NCBI GenBank assembly: GCA_963761335.1
Contig: CAVXGR010000018.1
Span: 1,088,001 to 1,152,000, forward strand
Direction of reading: 5' to 3'
Length of the DNA stretch: 64,000 bases
Origin: an uncultured delta proteobacterium
GTDB lineage: Bacteria; Desulfobacterota; Binatia; HRBIN30; BPIQ01
A program made the translations under genes and the position numbers. Of the stretch, positions 10,589-20,522 are shown piece by piece (within the stretch, counting starts at the first letter, position 1; the number at the start of each line of letters is the position of its first letter). The notes below the pieces were generated by a model, which ran no database searches, had not been told where the DNA came from, and saw only the letters and a program-made list of their open reading frames with translations.

Positions 10589-11272
10589 ATGATCGACCTG
10601 TACACCGCGCCGACGCCGAACGGCTGGAAGGCCTCCGTTACCCTGGAGGAGCTCGGGCTTCCCTACGAGGTCCACGTCATCAACCTCGCCGCCGGCGACC
10701 AGAAGCAGGAGGCGTATCTCGAGCTCAACCCCAACGGCCGCATTCCCACCATCGTCGACCGCGACGAGGACGACTTCGCCGTCTTCGAGTCGGGTGCCGT
10801 CCTGATCTATCTGGCCGAGAAGACCGGGCGGCTGATGCCCCAGGATCGCCGCGGGCGCTCCCGCGTGATCCAGTGGCTGATGTTCCAGATGGGCGGCATC
10901 GGCCCGATGATGGGGCAGGCGAACGTCTTCTTCCGCTACTTTCCGGAGAAGTATCAACCGGCCATCGATCGCTATCAGCACGAGTCGCGGCGGCTCTTCG
11001 AGGTGCTCGATCGCCGCCTCGGCAAGAGCGAGTGGCTGGCCGACGACTACTCCATCGCCGACATCGCCAACTGGTGCTGGGTGCGCACCTACAAGTGGTC
11101 CGGTGTGCCGATCGACGGCCTCTCCAACCTCCGGCGCTGGCTCGACGCCATGAAGGAACGCCCCGCCTGCCGGCGCGGCGTCGAGATCCCCTTCCGCCTT
11201 CCCGACATAACGGACAACGCCAAGGCAGTGCAGGAGTTCGCCGAGAACGCCCGCAAGTCCCTGCAGCGCTGA
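10589..11272 (+). CDS. Glutathione S-transferase, YfcG/YghU-like (TPNG type)
   Basis: [50 protein letters not shown]. Confidence 0.95.
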   Translation: MIDLYTAPTPNGWKASVTLEELGLPYEVHVINLAAGDQKQEAYLELNPNGRIPTIVDRDEDDFAVFESGAVLIYLAEKTGRLMPQDRRGRSRVIQWLMFQMGGIGPMMGQANVFFRYFPEKYQPAIDRYQHESRRLFEVLDRRLGKSEWLADDYSIADIANWCWVRTYKWSGVPIDGLSNLRRWLDAMKERPACRRGVEIPFRLPDITDNAKAVQEFAENARKSLQR

Positions 11273-11292
11273 GCCCTGGGCCGCAGAATGAG

Positions 11293-11640
11293 ATGGACGT
11301 CGCTCTCGAGCGCCTCGCCGACCTGAAGGACGAGCTTCTCGCCCGTGGCTTCTGTGTCGTGCGCGGCGTGATCGACGCCGGCGACGTGGGGGCGATCAAG
11401 GGGCGCCTGCGCTACATCGCTGCGCACCCGGGCTTCTACCGCCGCCTCGGCGTCTTCTTTGCCCCATCCTCTGCCGCCGCCCCGACCGGCGATCCCCTCG
11501 AGCGATTCGAGCAGATCGGCAACGTCCCCTTCCTCGACGCGGCGTGCCGTCGCCGTCTACTGCCGCACCCGCGCCTCATGCACCTCGCCCAAGCCGTGCT
11601 CGGGCCCGACGTCAACGTCATCAACGCCGGCTGGCTCGCG
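11293..11640 (+). pseudogene. Truncated phytanoyl-CoA dioxygenase (PhyH)-like N-terminal fragment
   Basis: MDVALERL..RGFCVVRGVID..HPRLMHLAQAVLGPDV resembles PhyH N-termini; no HxD motif follows. Confidence 0.5.
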
Positions 11641-11677
11641 GGACGGCGGAGGGCGGCTTGCGCACTCGGGCGCGGCA

Positions 11678-12475
11678 ATGACAGAATTCGCTCTCGCGAT
11701 GACCTATCAGAGAGAGGCGAGCGACGAAGCGATCCGAGACGTGCGCCGCTGGATCGCGGCGGCGCGGCGAATCGTCGTGCTCACCGGCGCGGGCATCTCG
11801 ACGGATTCCGGCATCCCCGACTTTCGCGGCCCGCAAGGTCTGTGGACCAAGAACCCGCAGGCGGAGAAGATGGCGACCCTGCAGCACTACATGGCCGATC
11901 CCGAGGTGCGCCGGCGCGCCTGGCGGAGCCGCCTCGAGTCGGCGGCGCATCTGCGCGAGCCGAATGCCGGCCATCATGCCCTCGTGGCACTCGAGCGGCG
12001 CGGCAACCTGCAGGCGCTGATCACGCAGAACATCGACGGGCTGCACCAGAAGGCCGGCAGCTCTGCCGAGCTGATCGTCGAGATCCACGGCACCATGCGC
12101 GAGGTGGTGTGCATGTCCTGCGGGGAGCGGGCGCCGATGGAGCGCGCCCTCGAGCGTGTCCACGCCGGCGAGGAGGATCCGTCCTGCCGCAGCTGCGGCG
12201 GCATCCTCAAGTCGGCGACCATCTCCTTCGGGCAGTCGCTGGTCGCCGAGGATCTGGCGCGCGCCGAGGAGGCGGCGCAGACCTGCGACCTGCTCCTCGC
12301 CATCGGCTCCACCCTCGGCGTCTATCCCATCGCTGCGGTGGTGCCGGTGGCCAAGGAGTGCGGCGCGCGGGTCGTCATCATCAACGGCGAGCCCACGGTG
12401 ATGGACAACCTCGCCGACCGCGTGCTGCGCGGCCCGATCGCCGAGCTGCTGACCGAGGTGCTCGCCGAGGCCTGA
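11678..12475 (+). CDS. cobB: Sir2-family NAD-dependent protein deacylase
   Basis: GAGISTDSGIPDFRG, TQNIDGLHQKAG, EIHG, two CxxC zinc motifs. Start could instead be 11699. Confidence 0.93.
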   Translation: MTEFALAMTYQREASDEAIRDVRRWIAAARRIVVLTGAGISTDSGIPDFRGPQGLWTKNPQAEKMATLQHYMADPEVRRRAWRSRLESAAHLREPNAGHHALVALERRGNLQALITQNIDGLHQKAGSSAELIVEIHGTMREVVCMSCGERAPMERALERVHAGEEDPSCRSCGGILKSATISFGQSLVAEDLARAEEAAQTCDLLLAIGSTLGVYPIAAVVPVAKECGARVVIINGEPTVMDNLADRVLRGPIAELLTEVLAEA

Positions 12476-12479
12476 GGAA

Positions 12480-12529
12480 GTAGAGGCGCCGTCCCGGCGC
12501 TTTGCGAAGCGGCGAGACGCCGCTTCTAC
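12480..12529. repeat. GTAG-type REP doublet, family B
   Basis: GTAGAGGCGCCGTCCCGGCGCTTTGCGAAGCGGCGAGACGCCGCTTCTAC between convergent genes. Confidence 0.85.
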
Positions 12530-15273
12530 GTTGGCGGTGCCGGCGCCGCTGGGTTTCCCTCGAGCGCCTTGTGGAGCGCGTCCATCTCGGCACCGAAGGT
12601 CTGCCAGTTCCCCTGGCGCAGGGCGTCGAGAGCGGCGCGGTAATGGCTCAGGGCCGCGGAGTTGCCGACGCCGCCCGCGGCTGGTGGCGCCTCCGGCGGC
12701 GCGGCGCCGCTGCTGACCACGGCGGCGGGATTCGGCTCGCCGGCAAACAAGGCGGCCAACAGCGGCTCGACCTTCTGGGTCATGACGACGCGGTCACCGG
12801 TGGAGGCGATCAGGCGCTTCAGCTCCGGAAGCTGGCGGTTCTCGGCGCTCAGGTAGAGAGGCTCGACGTAGAGCAGCGAGTCGTCGATAGGAATGACCAG
12901 CAGGTTGCCGCGGATCACTCGCGAGCCGGTCTGGTTCCACAGAGAGAGCTGCTGCGAGATCGTCGTGTCCTGGTCGATGCGCGCCTCGATCTGCGAGGGG
13001 CCGTAGATGAGCTTCTCCTTGGGGAAACGGTACTCGATCACCGAGCCATAGGCGGCGCCGTCGCAGCGCGCCGCCAGCCAGGCGATCATGTTGTCGCGGT
13101 TGTTCGGCACCATCGGCAGCATGAGGATGAGCTCCTCGCGCGTCTCGCCCGGCAGCCGCATGATCGTGTAGTACGGCTGCATCTGCACCGACTGGCCGCT
13201 GTAGGTCTCCTGCGGAAAGCTCCACAGGTCTTCCTTGTTGTAGAAGACCTCGGGGTCGGTCATGTGGTAGGTGCTGTAGACGCTCGCCTGCAGCACGAAG
13301 AGGTCCTCCGGATAGCGGACGTGCCGGCGCAGCGTCGCCGGCATCTCGTCGAGCGGATGGAACAGCGCCGGGAAGATGTGCTGGTAGGTGCGCAGGATCG
13401 GATCGTCGGGATCGGCGACGTAGAGGCGTACGGTGCCGTCGTAGGCATCGACGGCGATCTTCACGGAGTTGCGGATGTAGTTGATGCCGCTGGTCGTGAC
13501 CGGCTGGGAGTAGGGCAGGGCGTCACTGGTGGTGTAGGCGTCCTGCAGCCACACCAGTCGCCCGTCGCTGATCACCAGGTAGGGGTCGCGGTCGAGCGCC
13601 AGGAAGGGGGCGACGCGGCGGATGCGATCGCGGATCAGGCGGCGGAAGAGGATGCGGCTGGCGTCGCTGACGTTGCCGCTGATCAGCAGCTTGACGTCGC
13701 CGAGATACCAGGCGAACAGCAGCCGGCGCCAGAGGCTGTCGAGGGCCACGCCGCCGGCGCCGTTGTAGGTCGTGTAGACGTTGTCCTCTCCCTTCGGGTA
13801 GTCGAACTCCTTGTTGGCGCCGCCGACGACGATGAAGTTGCTGGTCTTCTCGCCGAAGTAGATCGCCGGACGCTCGATCCGCAGGTCGGGCGGGGAGACG
13901 GGAGGGATGTCCTTGACGGTGAACACCGGCAGTCCCTCGTTGTCGAAGCGGTTGACCGGGCTCATCGCCAGGCCGATGCCGTGGGTGAACTTGAAATGCA
14001 GGTTGATCCAGGTCTGCGCTTCCTGTGGAAGGCGTGACTGATCGAGCTCGCGGGCGGCCAGCATCACCTGGCGGTAATCTCCGTCGAGCGTGTAGCGATC
14101 GACGTCGACGTCGTGAAAATCGTAGTAGAGGCGGATCTCCTGCAGCTGTCTGTAGGTCTGCAGCAGCGGTCTCGGGTCCCACCAGCGGATGTTCTGGATG
14201 GTGGCCTTGTTGGCCGCCATCGTCGCCGCCGTCAGCCGGCCGCTGGCGGGAAACTCCTGGGCGGTGATGCGGTCCAGTCCGAACCCGTAGCGGGTCAGGG
14301 AGATGTTGTCGGCGATGTACGGCGATTCCAGGCGCAGCTCGTCCGGCTTGACACGATAGCTCTGCACCAGCGGCGGCGCGAACCATTCGATGAGCGAGGC
14401 GGCGAAGACGAGCACGGCAGCGGCCACCGGCAGGCGCAGGTCCGGCCGCACCACGGCGGCCGCGGAGATCAACGCGCCGATCACCGAGAGCGCCGCCAGC
14501 GCCGCCAGCAGGGGGAGGCGCACGTTGACGTCGGTGTAGGCGGCGCCGAAGACGACGCCGTTGTTGCTCATCAGCAGGTCGTAGCGCTGCAGCAGGTAGT
14601 CGCCGGCTTTGAAGAGGAAGAACACGGCGAGCAGCGCCGACAGATGGCGCAGCGGCGCGGGCGACAGGCGCGGCGGCCCCTGGTCGGTCTCGATGGCGCC
14701 GCGGCCCCAGTAGACGAGGGCGGCGATCATCGCCGAGAGCAGCACCACGAGCAGGCCCCAGTCGCGCAGGGCGTTCCACATGGGCAGGGTGAAGACGTAG
14801 AAGCCGAGGTCGAGACCGAAGAGGGGGTCGGTGCGCCCGAACGGCACGGCGTCGCGCCACTTGAGAAACTGCTCCCATCCCGAGGCGTAGCCCAGGCCGA
14901 TGAAGAGGCTGAGCAACGAGGCCGCGGCCAGTGCCAGCAGGCGCCAGGGGAAGCGCTCGAAGGAGATCTCCAGGACGTCGGCGGGCTCGCCGGTGGGCCC
15001 GTTGCTGCGCACCATGCGCAGGCGCCGCACCCGCGGGCCGCGGCCGTGCGCCGCCAGCAGGCCGTTGGCGGCGAAGATCAGCCAGGAGGGAACGGCGACG
15101 ATGACGAACACCTCGAGCCGCGCCACCCAGGTGGTGGTGAATACGGATCCCAGCCCCAGGGAGTCGAACCACAGCCAATCGACGAAGACCCCGCTCAGCG
15201 CTGCCGCCGAGATCACCAGGACGGCGGCGAGCGCGGCGACGGCCAGGATGGTGCGCGCGCGGAAAGGGGTCAT
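12526..15273 (-). CDS. UPF0182 family membrane protein
   Basis: DWLWFDSLG, DPLFGLDLGFYVFTLP, DVDVDRY, NYIRNSVK, RYPEDLF, FYNKEDLW, LLYVEPLYL. Confidence 0.95.
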   Translation of the reverse strand: MTPFRARTILAVAALAAVLVISAAALSGVFVDWLWFDSLGLGSVFTTTWVARLEVFVIVAVPSWLIFAANGLLAAHGRGPRVRRLRMVRSNGPTGEPADVLEISFERFPWRLLALAAASLLSLFIGLGYASGWEQFLKWRDAVPFGRTDPLFGLDLGFYVFTLPMWNALRDWGLLVVLLSAMIAALVYWGRGAIETDQGPPRLSPAPLRHLSALLAVFFLFKAGDYLLQRYDLLMSNNGVVFGAAYTDVNVRLPLLAALAALSVIGALISAAAVVRPDLRLPVAAAVLVFAASLIEWFAPPLVQSYRVKPDELRLESPYIADNISLTRYGFGLDRITAQEFPASGRLTAATMAANKATIQNIRWWDPRPLLQTYRQLQEIRLYYDFHDVDVDRYTLDGDYRQVMLAARELDQSRLPQEAQTWINLHFKFTHGIGLAMSPVNRFDNEGLPVFTVKDIPPVSPPDLRIERPAIYFGEKTSNFIVVGGANKEFDYPKGEDNVYTTYNGAGGVALDSLWRRLLFAWYLGDVKLLISGNVSDASRILFRRLIRDRIRRVAPFLALDRDPYLVISDGRLVWLQDAYTTSDALPYSQPVTTSGINYIRNSVKIAVDAYDGTVRLYVADPDDPILRTYQHIFPALFHPLDEMPATLRRHVRYPEDLFVLQASVYSTYHMTDPEVFYNKEDLWSFPQETYSGQSVQMQPYYTIMRLPGETREELILMLPMVPNNRDNMIAWLAARCDGAAYGSVIEYRFPKEKLIYGPSQIEARIDQDTTISQQLSLWNQTGSRVIRGNLLVIPIDDSLLYVEPLYLSAENRQLPELKRLIASTGDRVVMTQKVEPLLAALFAGEPNPAAVVSSGAAPPEAPPAAGGVGNSAALSHYRAALDALRQGNWQTFGAEMDALHKALEGNPAAPAPPT

Positions 15274-15343
15274 CGAGAGCGATCACCGTAGCCGTGTAGG
15301 GGAGCCTTTTCAAACGCGCGCCCGGAACGGGCCCGGGGCGGGC

Positions 15344-15470
15344 CGTTCTCATTCTCATTCCCGGTTCTCATCCCGTCGTCTTCCATTGCCCTGATGGCCG
15401 CGGAAAATCGCGAGCCCCGCAGACAACGGAAAACGACGGCATGAGAACCGGGAATGAGAACCGGGAATGA
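15344..15470. repeat. Inverted repeat built from GAGAACCGGGAAT units (family C)
   Basis: CTCATTCCCGGTTCTCAT.CCGTCGT pairs with ACGACGG.ATGAGAACCGGGAATGAG; related copy at ~32634-32680. Confidence 0.6.
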
Positions 15471-15478
15471 GCGAGAGA

Positions 15479-17080
15479 TCAGCCTTCCCGGTACACACCC
15501 ACCGCATCCGGGGTGAAGCGCTCCAATAGAAACCGCTCCTGGGGCTTCTCCGATGCCGTCTTGGGGATCTCCTCGACGACCTGGAGATACGCGGGCACGA
15601 AGTTCGGCTCCAGATCGCGGCGGCACTTGGCGAACACGGCGCTCGCGGAGAGCTGCGCGCCCGGCATGGGGACCACGGCGGCGACCACGTCCTTCTCTCC
15701 CGGCGCCCCCGACGCTGCGGCAATGCCGTAGACGAACACCTCGGATACGTCCGAGTGCTCGGCGATCACTTTCTCCACGAACCCCGGGTTCACGAAGTCG
15801 CCGTTGTGGCGGATGCCGCCGCCCTTGCGGTAGTCGAAGAAGAACCATCCCTCGCCGTCGCGGTGCCCCATGTCGCCGCTGCGCAGCCAGCCGCCCTCGG
15901 TCTTCTTGCGCGAGGCGCTCTCGTCCCCGAAGTAGTCGACGCGCGCCGCCTCGCCGCTCGCCGGCCGCGAGACGATCTCGCCCACGGCTCCGGGCGGACA
16001 TTCCGCGTCGCGCTCGTCGACGATCTTCATCTCCAGCCCCGGCACGGGTTTGCCGAAGCTGCCAATCGGGCCCACGCCGATCGGCTTGAAGGCGAGGCCG
16101 CCCTCGATGGCGCCGTACCACTCGAAGATGCGCGCCCCGAAGCGCCCTTCGAACGCCTCCCAGATGGCGGGCGGCATGCCGGCGTCGATCACCATGCGCA
16201 CCGGGTTGTCGGCGTCGTCGGCGCGCGGCGGCTCGCTGTAGATCGCCATCGCCATGCCGCCGAGCATGGAGAAGGTGGTGCAGCCATAGCGGCGGCTGAT
16301 GTCCCAGAGCTTCGACTTGGTGAAGCGGCGGCTGAAGACGGCGCGCATGCCCATGTGCAACGACGGGCCGAGAGTCACCGCCTGGGCGTTGCCGTGGGTG
16401 AGCGACAGACCGGTGTAGGGACGGTCGTCCTGCCGGTACCCGAGAAGAGTGCCCAGGAGGGCGAAGAGGCCGAAGCGGGCGTTGGGGAACACCACCCCCT
16501 TGGGGTCGCCGGTGGTGCCCGAGGTATAGATGATCTGCAGCGGATCCTCGGGTGACTGCAGTCGCACGTCGACGCTGACCTCCGGGCCGGAAAGGACGTT
16601 CTGAAGGAGATCGGCAGTCGATGTCGACAGCGGCTCCGGCATCTCGTCGGTGCGCAGCACCAGCACCCACTCGAGCAGCGGCAGTGAGGGACGCACGGCC
16701 TCGATCGCCGGCAGGCAGTAGTCGGCGCAAATGACTCCGTGGCACTCCGAGTTCGCCAGCGTGTAGGCCAGCTTGGCGCCGCGGGTGCGCGGGTCGATGG
16801 GAACGGCGACGCAGCCGCTGATCGAGGCGCCGATCAGCGACTCGACCGCCTGCGGATGGTTGCGCATCATCAGGGCGAAGCGCTCGCCTCGCCTGAGGCC
16901 GCGGGCGATCAGCGCCGCGGCGATGCGGTTGCCGTTGCGGTCGAGCTGCGCGTAGGTGCGCACCTCGTCCTCCTGCCCGTCGAGGCTCCAGCGCTCGAAG
17001 GTGAGCACGTCCAAATCGGGGGCGCGCTCGGCGCGTGCCGCCACCAGGTCGGCGAGGATCATCTCGTTGCGCTCGCGCAT
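15479..17080 (-). CDS. ATP-dependent acyl-CoA ligase (CaiC-like)
   Basis: IYTSGTTGDPKGV, WYGAIEG, GWLRSGDMG, IPKTASEK. Confidence 0.93.
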   Translation of the reverse strand: MRERNEMILADLVAARAERAPDLDVLTFERWSLDGQEDEVRTYAQLDRNGNRIAAALIARGLRRGERFALMMRNHPQAVESLIGASISGCVAVPIDPRTRGAKLAYTLANSECHGVICADYCLPAIEAVRPSLPLLEWVLVLRTDEMPEPLSTSTADLLQNVLSGPEVSVDVRLQSPEDPLQIIYTSGTTGDPKGVVFPNARFGLFALLGTLLGYRQDDRPYTGLSLTHGNAQAVTLGPSLHMGMRAVFSRRFTKSKLWDISRRYGCTTFSMLGGMAMAIYSEPPRADDADNPVRMVIDAGMPPAIWEAFEGRFGARIFEWYGAIEGGLAFKPIGVGPIGSFGKPVPGLEMKIVDERDAECPPGAVGEIVSRPASGEAARVDYFGDESASRKKTEGGWLRSGDMGHRDGEGWFFFDYRKGGGIRHNGDFVNPGFVEKVIAEHSDVSEVFVYGIAAASGAPGEKDVVAAVVPMPGAQLSASAVFAKCRRDLEPNFVPAYLQVVEEIPKTASEKPQERFLLERFTPDAVGVYREG

Positions 17081-17104
17081 GCGCCTTCTCCTCTCGCGGG
17101 CCGA

Positions 17105-18337
17105 CTACACGCCCAGGATGGTGACGCACATCGCCGCGGCATCGGTACCGATGGCGCCGCCGCCGTTGTGCGCCAGACCGACGCGGGCGCCCTCCACCTG
17201 GCGCGCGCCGCAGCGGCCCTGAATCTGCTCGGTGAGCTCGACGATCTGGGCGATGCCCGTGGCGCCGACCGGATGGCCCTTGCGCAGCAGGCCGCCCGAG
17301 GAGTTCACCGGGATCCGGCCGCCGAGGCGCGTGGCTCCCGATTCGACGAGAGGGCCGCCGCCGCCTTTCTCGCACAGGCCGAGGGCTTCGTACGCCATGA
17401 TCTCGGCGGGCGCCGAGGCGTCGTGGCACTCGAGCAGATCGATCTCGCCCGGGCCGACTCCCGCCTCCGCGTAGGCTTCCGCGGCGCACAGCTCGGCGAC
17501 GCCCGGCTCGTCGGGGGCGCGATCCCAACCGGAGTGCAGCGCGCAGGAGAGCACCCGCACCGGGAGGCGAATCCCCAGCTGGCGCGCCCGGCTCTCGCTG
17601 GCGACCACCACCGCCGCGGCGCCGTCGCCGATCGGCGAGCACATCGGGCGCGTCAGTGGCGGCGCGATCATCGGCGCCGCCAGAACGTCCTCGATGCTGA
17701 GGACCTCGCGGAACTGGGCGCGCGGATTGAGGCTGCCGTGCAGCGAGTTCTTGGCGGCGACGGCGGCGAACTGGCGCTCCGTGGTTCCGTAGCGCTGCAT
17801 GTGCGCCCGCGCCGCCGCCGCGTAGATGTCCATGAACATCGAACGCTTCTCGCCGGCACCGCCGCCGCCCTGGCCGCCCTTGCCGCCGGAGGCGCCCTGC
17901 TTCAGGGCTTCGAGCATCGGCGCCAGCAGCTCGACGTCGACGGCGCCGCTGAAGGCGGCGAAGCTGCGGCGCTTGTCCTCGTGGTAGAGCTTCTCGACGC
18001 CGAGGGCGAGCACCAGGTCGAAGGCGCCGGCGGTCACCGCCATGCACGCCTGATGCAGAGCCGTGGAGGCGCTGGCGCAGGCGTTCTCGACGTTGATCAC
18101 CGGGATGCGGCCGATGCCCATGCCGCGCAGGATGACCTGGCCGCGGATACACTCCTGGCCGGTGACCAGACCGGCGGCGGCATTGCCGACGAAGGCCGCC
18201 TCGAGGGCTCCGGCCTCCACGCCGGCATCGGCGAGTGCCGCCTTCACGGCCTCGGCGCCGATCGCCTTGAGACCCGACTCCATGTGCTTGCCGAAACGCG
18301 TCATGCCGACGCCGACGATCATTGCTTTCGGTTTCAT
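17105..18337 (-). CDS. Thiolase family protein (SCP-x/lipid-transfer type)
   Basis: VENACASASTA, CSPIGDGAAA, ECHDA, SGGLLRKGHPVGATG, HNGGG. Confidence 0.93.
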   Translation of the reverse strand: MKPKAMIVGVGMTRFGKHMESGLKAIGAEAVKAALADAGVEAGALEAAFVGNAAAGLVTGQECIRGQVILRGMGIGRIPVINVENACASASTALHQACMAVTAGAFDLVLALGVEKLYHEDKRRSFAAFSGAVDVELLAPMLEALKQGASGGKGGQGGGGAGEKRSMFMDIYAAAARAHMQRYGTTERQFAAVAAKNSLHGSLNPRAQFREVLSIEDVLAAPMIAPPLTRPMCSPIGDGAAAVVVASESRARQLGIRLPVRVLSCALHSGWDRAPDEPGVAELCAAEAYAEAGVGPGEIDLLECHDASAPAEIMAYEALGLCEKGGGGPLVESGATRLGGRIPVNSSGGLLRKGHPVGATGIAQIVELTEQIQGRCGARQVEGARVGLAHNGGGAIGTDAAAMCVTILGV

Positions 18338-18341
18338 GCGC

Positions 18342-19130
18342 TCACAGTAACCCGTGGCCTTTGATGCCCAGGGCCTTCTTCAGGTACTCCAGCTCGGCCT
18401 CGCGCCAGGGGCGCGGCGCCGGATTCTGGATCATGCCGTCCTCCTCCAGCTCGGCCACCACCTCCGCGGATCGGGGGAAGGCCTCGCCGTAGCGGTTCAT
18501 ATGGAAGAGCGTCTCGAAGGGCTGTCGCGGCCGCTGGCCGCCGGCGTCGGGGCTCTCGGCCGGGTAGCCGACGGTCTGCAGCAGGAGCACCCGGCAGCCG
18601 TCGGGCAGGCCGAGATTGAGGCGGATCTTCTCGAGGTTCGGCGACGCCAGGCAGCAGGTGCCGAGACCCTGCTCGAAGGCGGCGAGAGTGGCCTGGGCGA
18701 TCCCTTGGCCGCAGTCGACCTCGCCGATGCCGGGCTGCTTCAGATGGTCGCGGATCGAGTCGAAGATGGGGATCAGCTGGTTCTCGAGAGCGTCGCGCTT
18801 TCCCTCGCCGAAGCCGAGGGCGCCGGCCTCGAGGAGCTCTCGCAGGCGGTCCGATTGCTGATCGACGGCGTTGGTGTCGATGTACCAGACGATCACCACC
18901 GGCGCGAGGCGGATCTGGAAGCCGGCGATCGGCGCCACCAGCGACTCGACGACCTCCGGGGGCGCCGAATCGCGGAAGACGACGACGGCGCGCAGGCTGT
19001 TGACGTTGCCCCAGTGCGAGGCCAGGCGCGCCGCCTCGAGCATGCGCTGGATCTTCTCCGGCTCGACCGGCTTGTAGGGCAGCATGAAACGGATCGAGCG
19101 GCGGCGTCCGATGACTTGGCGGAGCTCCAT
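18342..19130 (-). CDS. Nitroreductase family flavoprotein
   Basis: RRRSIR, LEAARLASHWGN, GLGTCC, VGYPAE. Confidence 0.88.
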   Translation of the reverse strand: MELRQVIGRRRSIRFMLPYKPVEPEKIQRMLEAARLASHWGNVNSLRAVVVFRDSAPPEVVESLVAPIAGFQIRLAPVVIVWYIDTNAVDQQSDRLRELLEAGALGFGEGKRDALENQLIPIFDSIRDHLKQPGIGEVDCGQGIAQATLAAFEQGLGTCCLASPNLEKIRLNLGLPDGCRVLLLQTVGYPAESPDAGGQRPRQPFETLFHMNRYGEAFPRSAEVVAELEEDGMIQNPAPRPWREAELEYLKKALGIKGHGLL

Positions 19131-19143
19131 GACTCTTCTCTCC

Positions 19144-20346
19144 TTACAGCTTGGCGGCGCCCACGAGGCTGAGCATCTCGTTGCAGCCGTCCTCGATCAT
19201 CGAGGCGCGGGCGTCGCGCAGCAGCTTCTCGATCGGGTACTCGCGGCTGAGGCCGTTGCCGCCGAAGATCTGCAGGGCGGCGCTCGCCGCCTCGAAGGCG
19301 GTGTTGGTGCAGAACACCTTGGAGGCGATCGAGTACTGCACCAGCGGCGGGTTGGTGTTGTTGTAGAGCATGACGCGCCAGGCGAGCGAGCGCGCCGCCT
19401 CCACCTGCGCGAAGGTGCGGAAGAGGCGCGACTTCACGTTCTGGTGCTCGAAGATCGGCACGCCGCCCTGGACCCGCTCCTTGGCGTAGCCGAGGGCGTG
19501 CTCGAGGGCGGCGCGCGCCAAGCCTACGAAGATCGCCCCCATGGAGGCGTTGGCCATTGCCAGCACCGCCTCGACCACGGCCGCGTAGGCCTCGGGTCCG
19601 ACCACCATGTAGTCGGCGGGGATGCGCACCTCGTCGAAGAAGATCTCTCCCTGGTTGAGGGCGCGCTGCCCGAGCTTGTCGAGCGGCTGGCCGCGCGATA
19701 CTCCCGGTAGCTCCAGCGGCACCAGGCAGACGCCGCCGCCGCGAAACCCGAGCGCCGGATCGACGGTGCAGAATAGAGTGGCGACGCTGGCGATGGTGCC
19801 GTTCGATACCCAGGCGGATTTCTGTCCGCTGATGACGTAATGATCGCCGTCGGGGCGGGCGACGCAGTTCGGCTTCAGCTTGGGGCTGGCGAAGCTCGGC
19901 TCGGTCACTGCCAGCGAGTCGCTGCCGTGATCCGGCTCGGTGACCGCCCAGCAGCCGATGTCGCGGTTGTCGGGCGCGCCGAAGCGCTCGAGGAGGGCCG
20001 GCCTTCCGGACATGTGCGCGAAGAGCTTGTGGAAGCCGCCGACGCCGAGGCTGATGGCGAGACCGGAGTCGCCCCAGCCGAGCTCCTCGGAGATCAGGAA
20101 GCGGAGGCGCGCGTGCTCGGCGGGATCCTCGCCGCCGGTGACCTCCAGTGCGTCCAGCTGCAGGGCGTGGTAGGTCTCGAAGACCTTCCACAGCGGCGAT
20201 TCGCCGGCGATCACCAAGGCGGGATCGGCGAGGCGGTCGAGCTGGCGCCCCACCGGGCGGAGCACCTCCACGGCGAATCGATGCGCTGTTTCCCGCACCG
20301 CTCGCTCCTGGTCCGTGAGAGTGATTTCGAGGTCGGCAAACGCCAT
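19144..20346 (-). CDS. Acyl-CoA dehydrogenase
   Basis: WAVTEPDHGSD, GQKSAWVSNG, YAKERVQGG, QIFGGNG, IEDGCNE. Confidence 0.95.
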   Translation of the reverse strand: MAFADLEITLTDQERAVRETAHRFAVEVLRPVGRQLDRLADPALVIAGESPLWKVFETYHALQLDALEVTGGEDPAEHARLRFLISEELGWGDSGLAISLGVGGFHKLFAHMSGRPALLERFGAPDNRDIGCWAVTEPDHGSDSLAVTEPSFASPKLKPNCVARPDGDHYVISGQKSAWVSNGTIASVATLFCTVDPALGFRGGGVCLVPLELPGVSRGQPLDKLGQRALNQGEIFFDEVRIPADYMVVGPEAYAAVVEAVLAMANASMGAIFVGLARAALEHALGYAKERVQGGVPIFEHQNVKSRLFRTFAQVEAARSLAWRVMLYNNTNPPLVQYSIASKVFCTNTAFEAASAALQIFGGNGLSREYPIEKLLRDARASMIEDGCNEMLSLVGAAKL

Positions 20347-20522
20347 CGCAGCACCTTTCTTCGCGAGCGATCCTAGCGGGGCAGGGGAGGCGTTCCATGA
20401 CATATGTCATCCCTCGACCTGATCGCGGCTACCCATGCGCGCTGGCGGAATGATCTTTGTCAGCTCAATTCCTGCGCCCGGTCCTGGATCGCGCCGGATG
20501 CGCCGGCATAACCGGAGGCGTG

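Noticed and set aside
11678..12475. Sir2 as part of an anti-phage defence system
   Set aside because: It is a canonical Zn-binding CobB-type deacylase with no defence partner genes nearby.
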